Source: Catajapyx aquilonaris (Eukaryota). From it: a DNA stretch of 64,000 bases. The translations under genes and the position numbers were made by a program. The stretch's first letter is position 1; each line of letters starts with the position of its first letter. Shown one piece after another: positions 63,926-64,000 of this stretch. The stretch spans positions 1-64,000 of the forward strand of contig KZ538256.1 in assembly GCA_000934665.2 (NCBI GenBank). The letters run 5' to 3'. A model generated the notes under the pieces. That model worked only from the letters and a program-made list of their open reading frames with translations, searched no databases and was not told where the DNA came from.

Positions 63926-64000
63926 CGCCTGGTATTGCGGCCGACCGTGCGACAAGAAAGGCTCATAGGTTAGCGGACTTCCAGGATGAACCTTATGTAC

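Overview
Eukaryotic, non-coding-rich genomic DNA from an invertebrate, probably an arthropod judging from the SINE types. It has draft-assembly N gaps inside G/C homopolymers and shows no prokaryotic operons, rRNA, true tRNA genes or CRISPR arrays. Almost all listed ORFs look spurious. The window is best read as the inside of one very large minus-strand gene. It has a single convincing GC-rich coding exon (~50851-50252; Pro/Cys- and Pro/His-repeat protein ending in CAG|GTAAGA; gene not identified) embedded in giant introns. The most striking signal is three strong minus-strand AG|GT junctions, each a branch point + pyrimidine tract + CAG followed immediately by GTATGT or GTGAGT, at 63900/63899, 32447/32446 and 13858/13857. 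Together with the exon they cut the window into ~13-19 kb segments. Two are followed by a second strong donor 46 and 35 nt downstream. This is the architecture of recursive splicing (ratchet points with short cryptic RS-exons). The introns also contain three tRNA-derived SINEs (two with perfect 15-bp TSDs, one with a Deu/Nin-like domain), a 346-bp foldback MITE with a TAA TSD, three smaller hairpin elements (two related to each other) and microsatellites.
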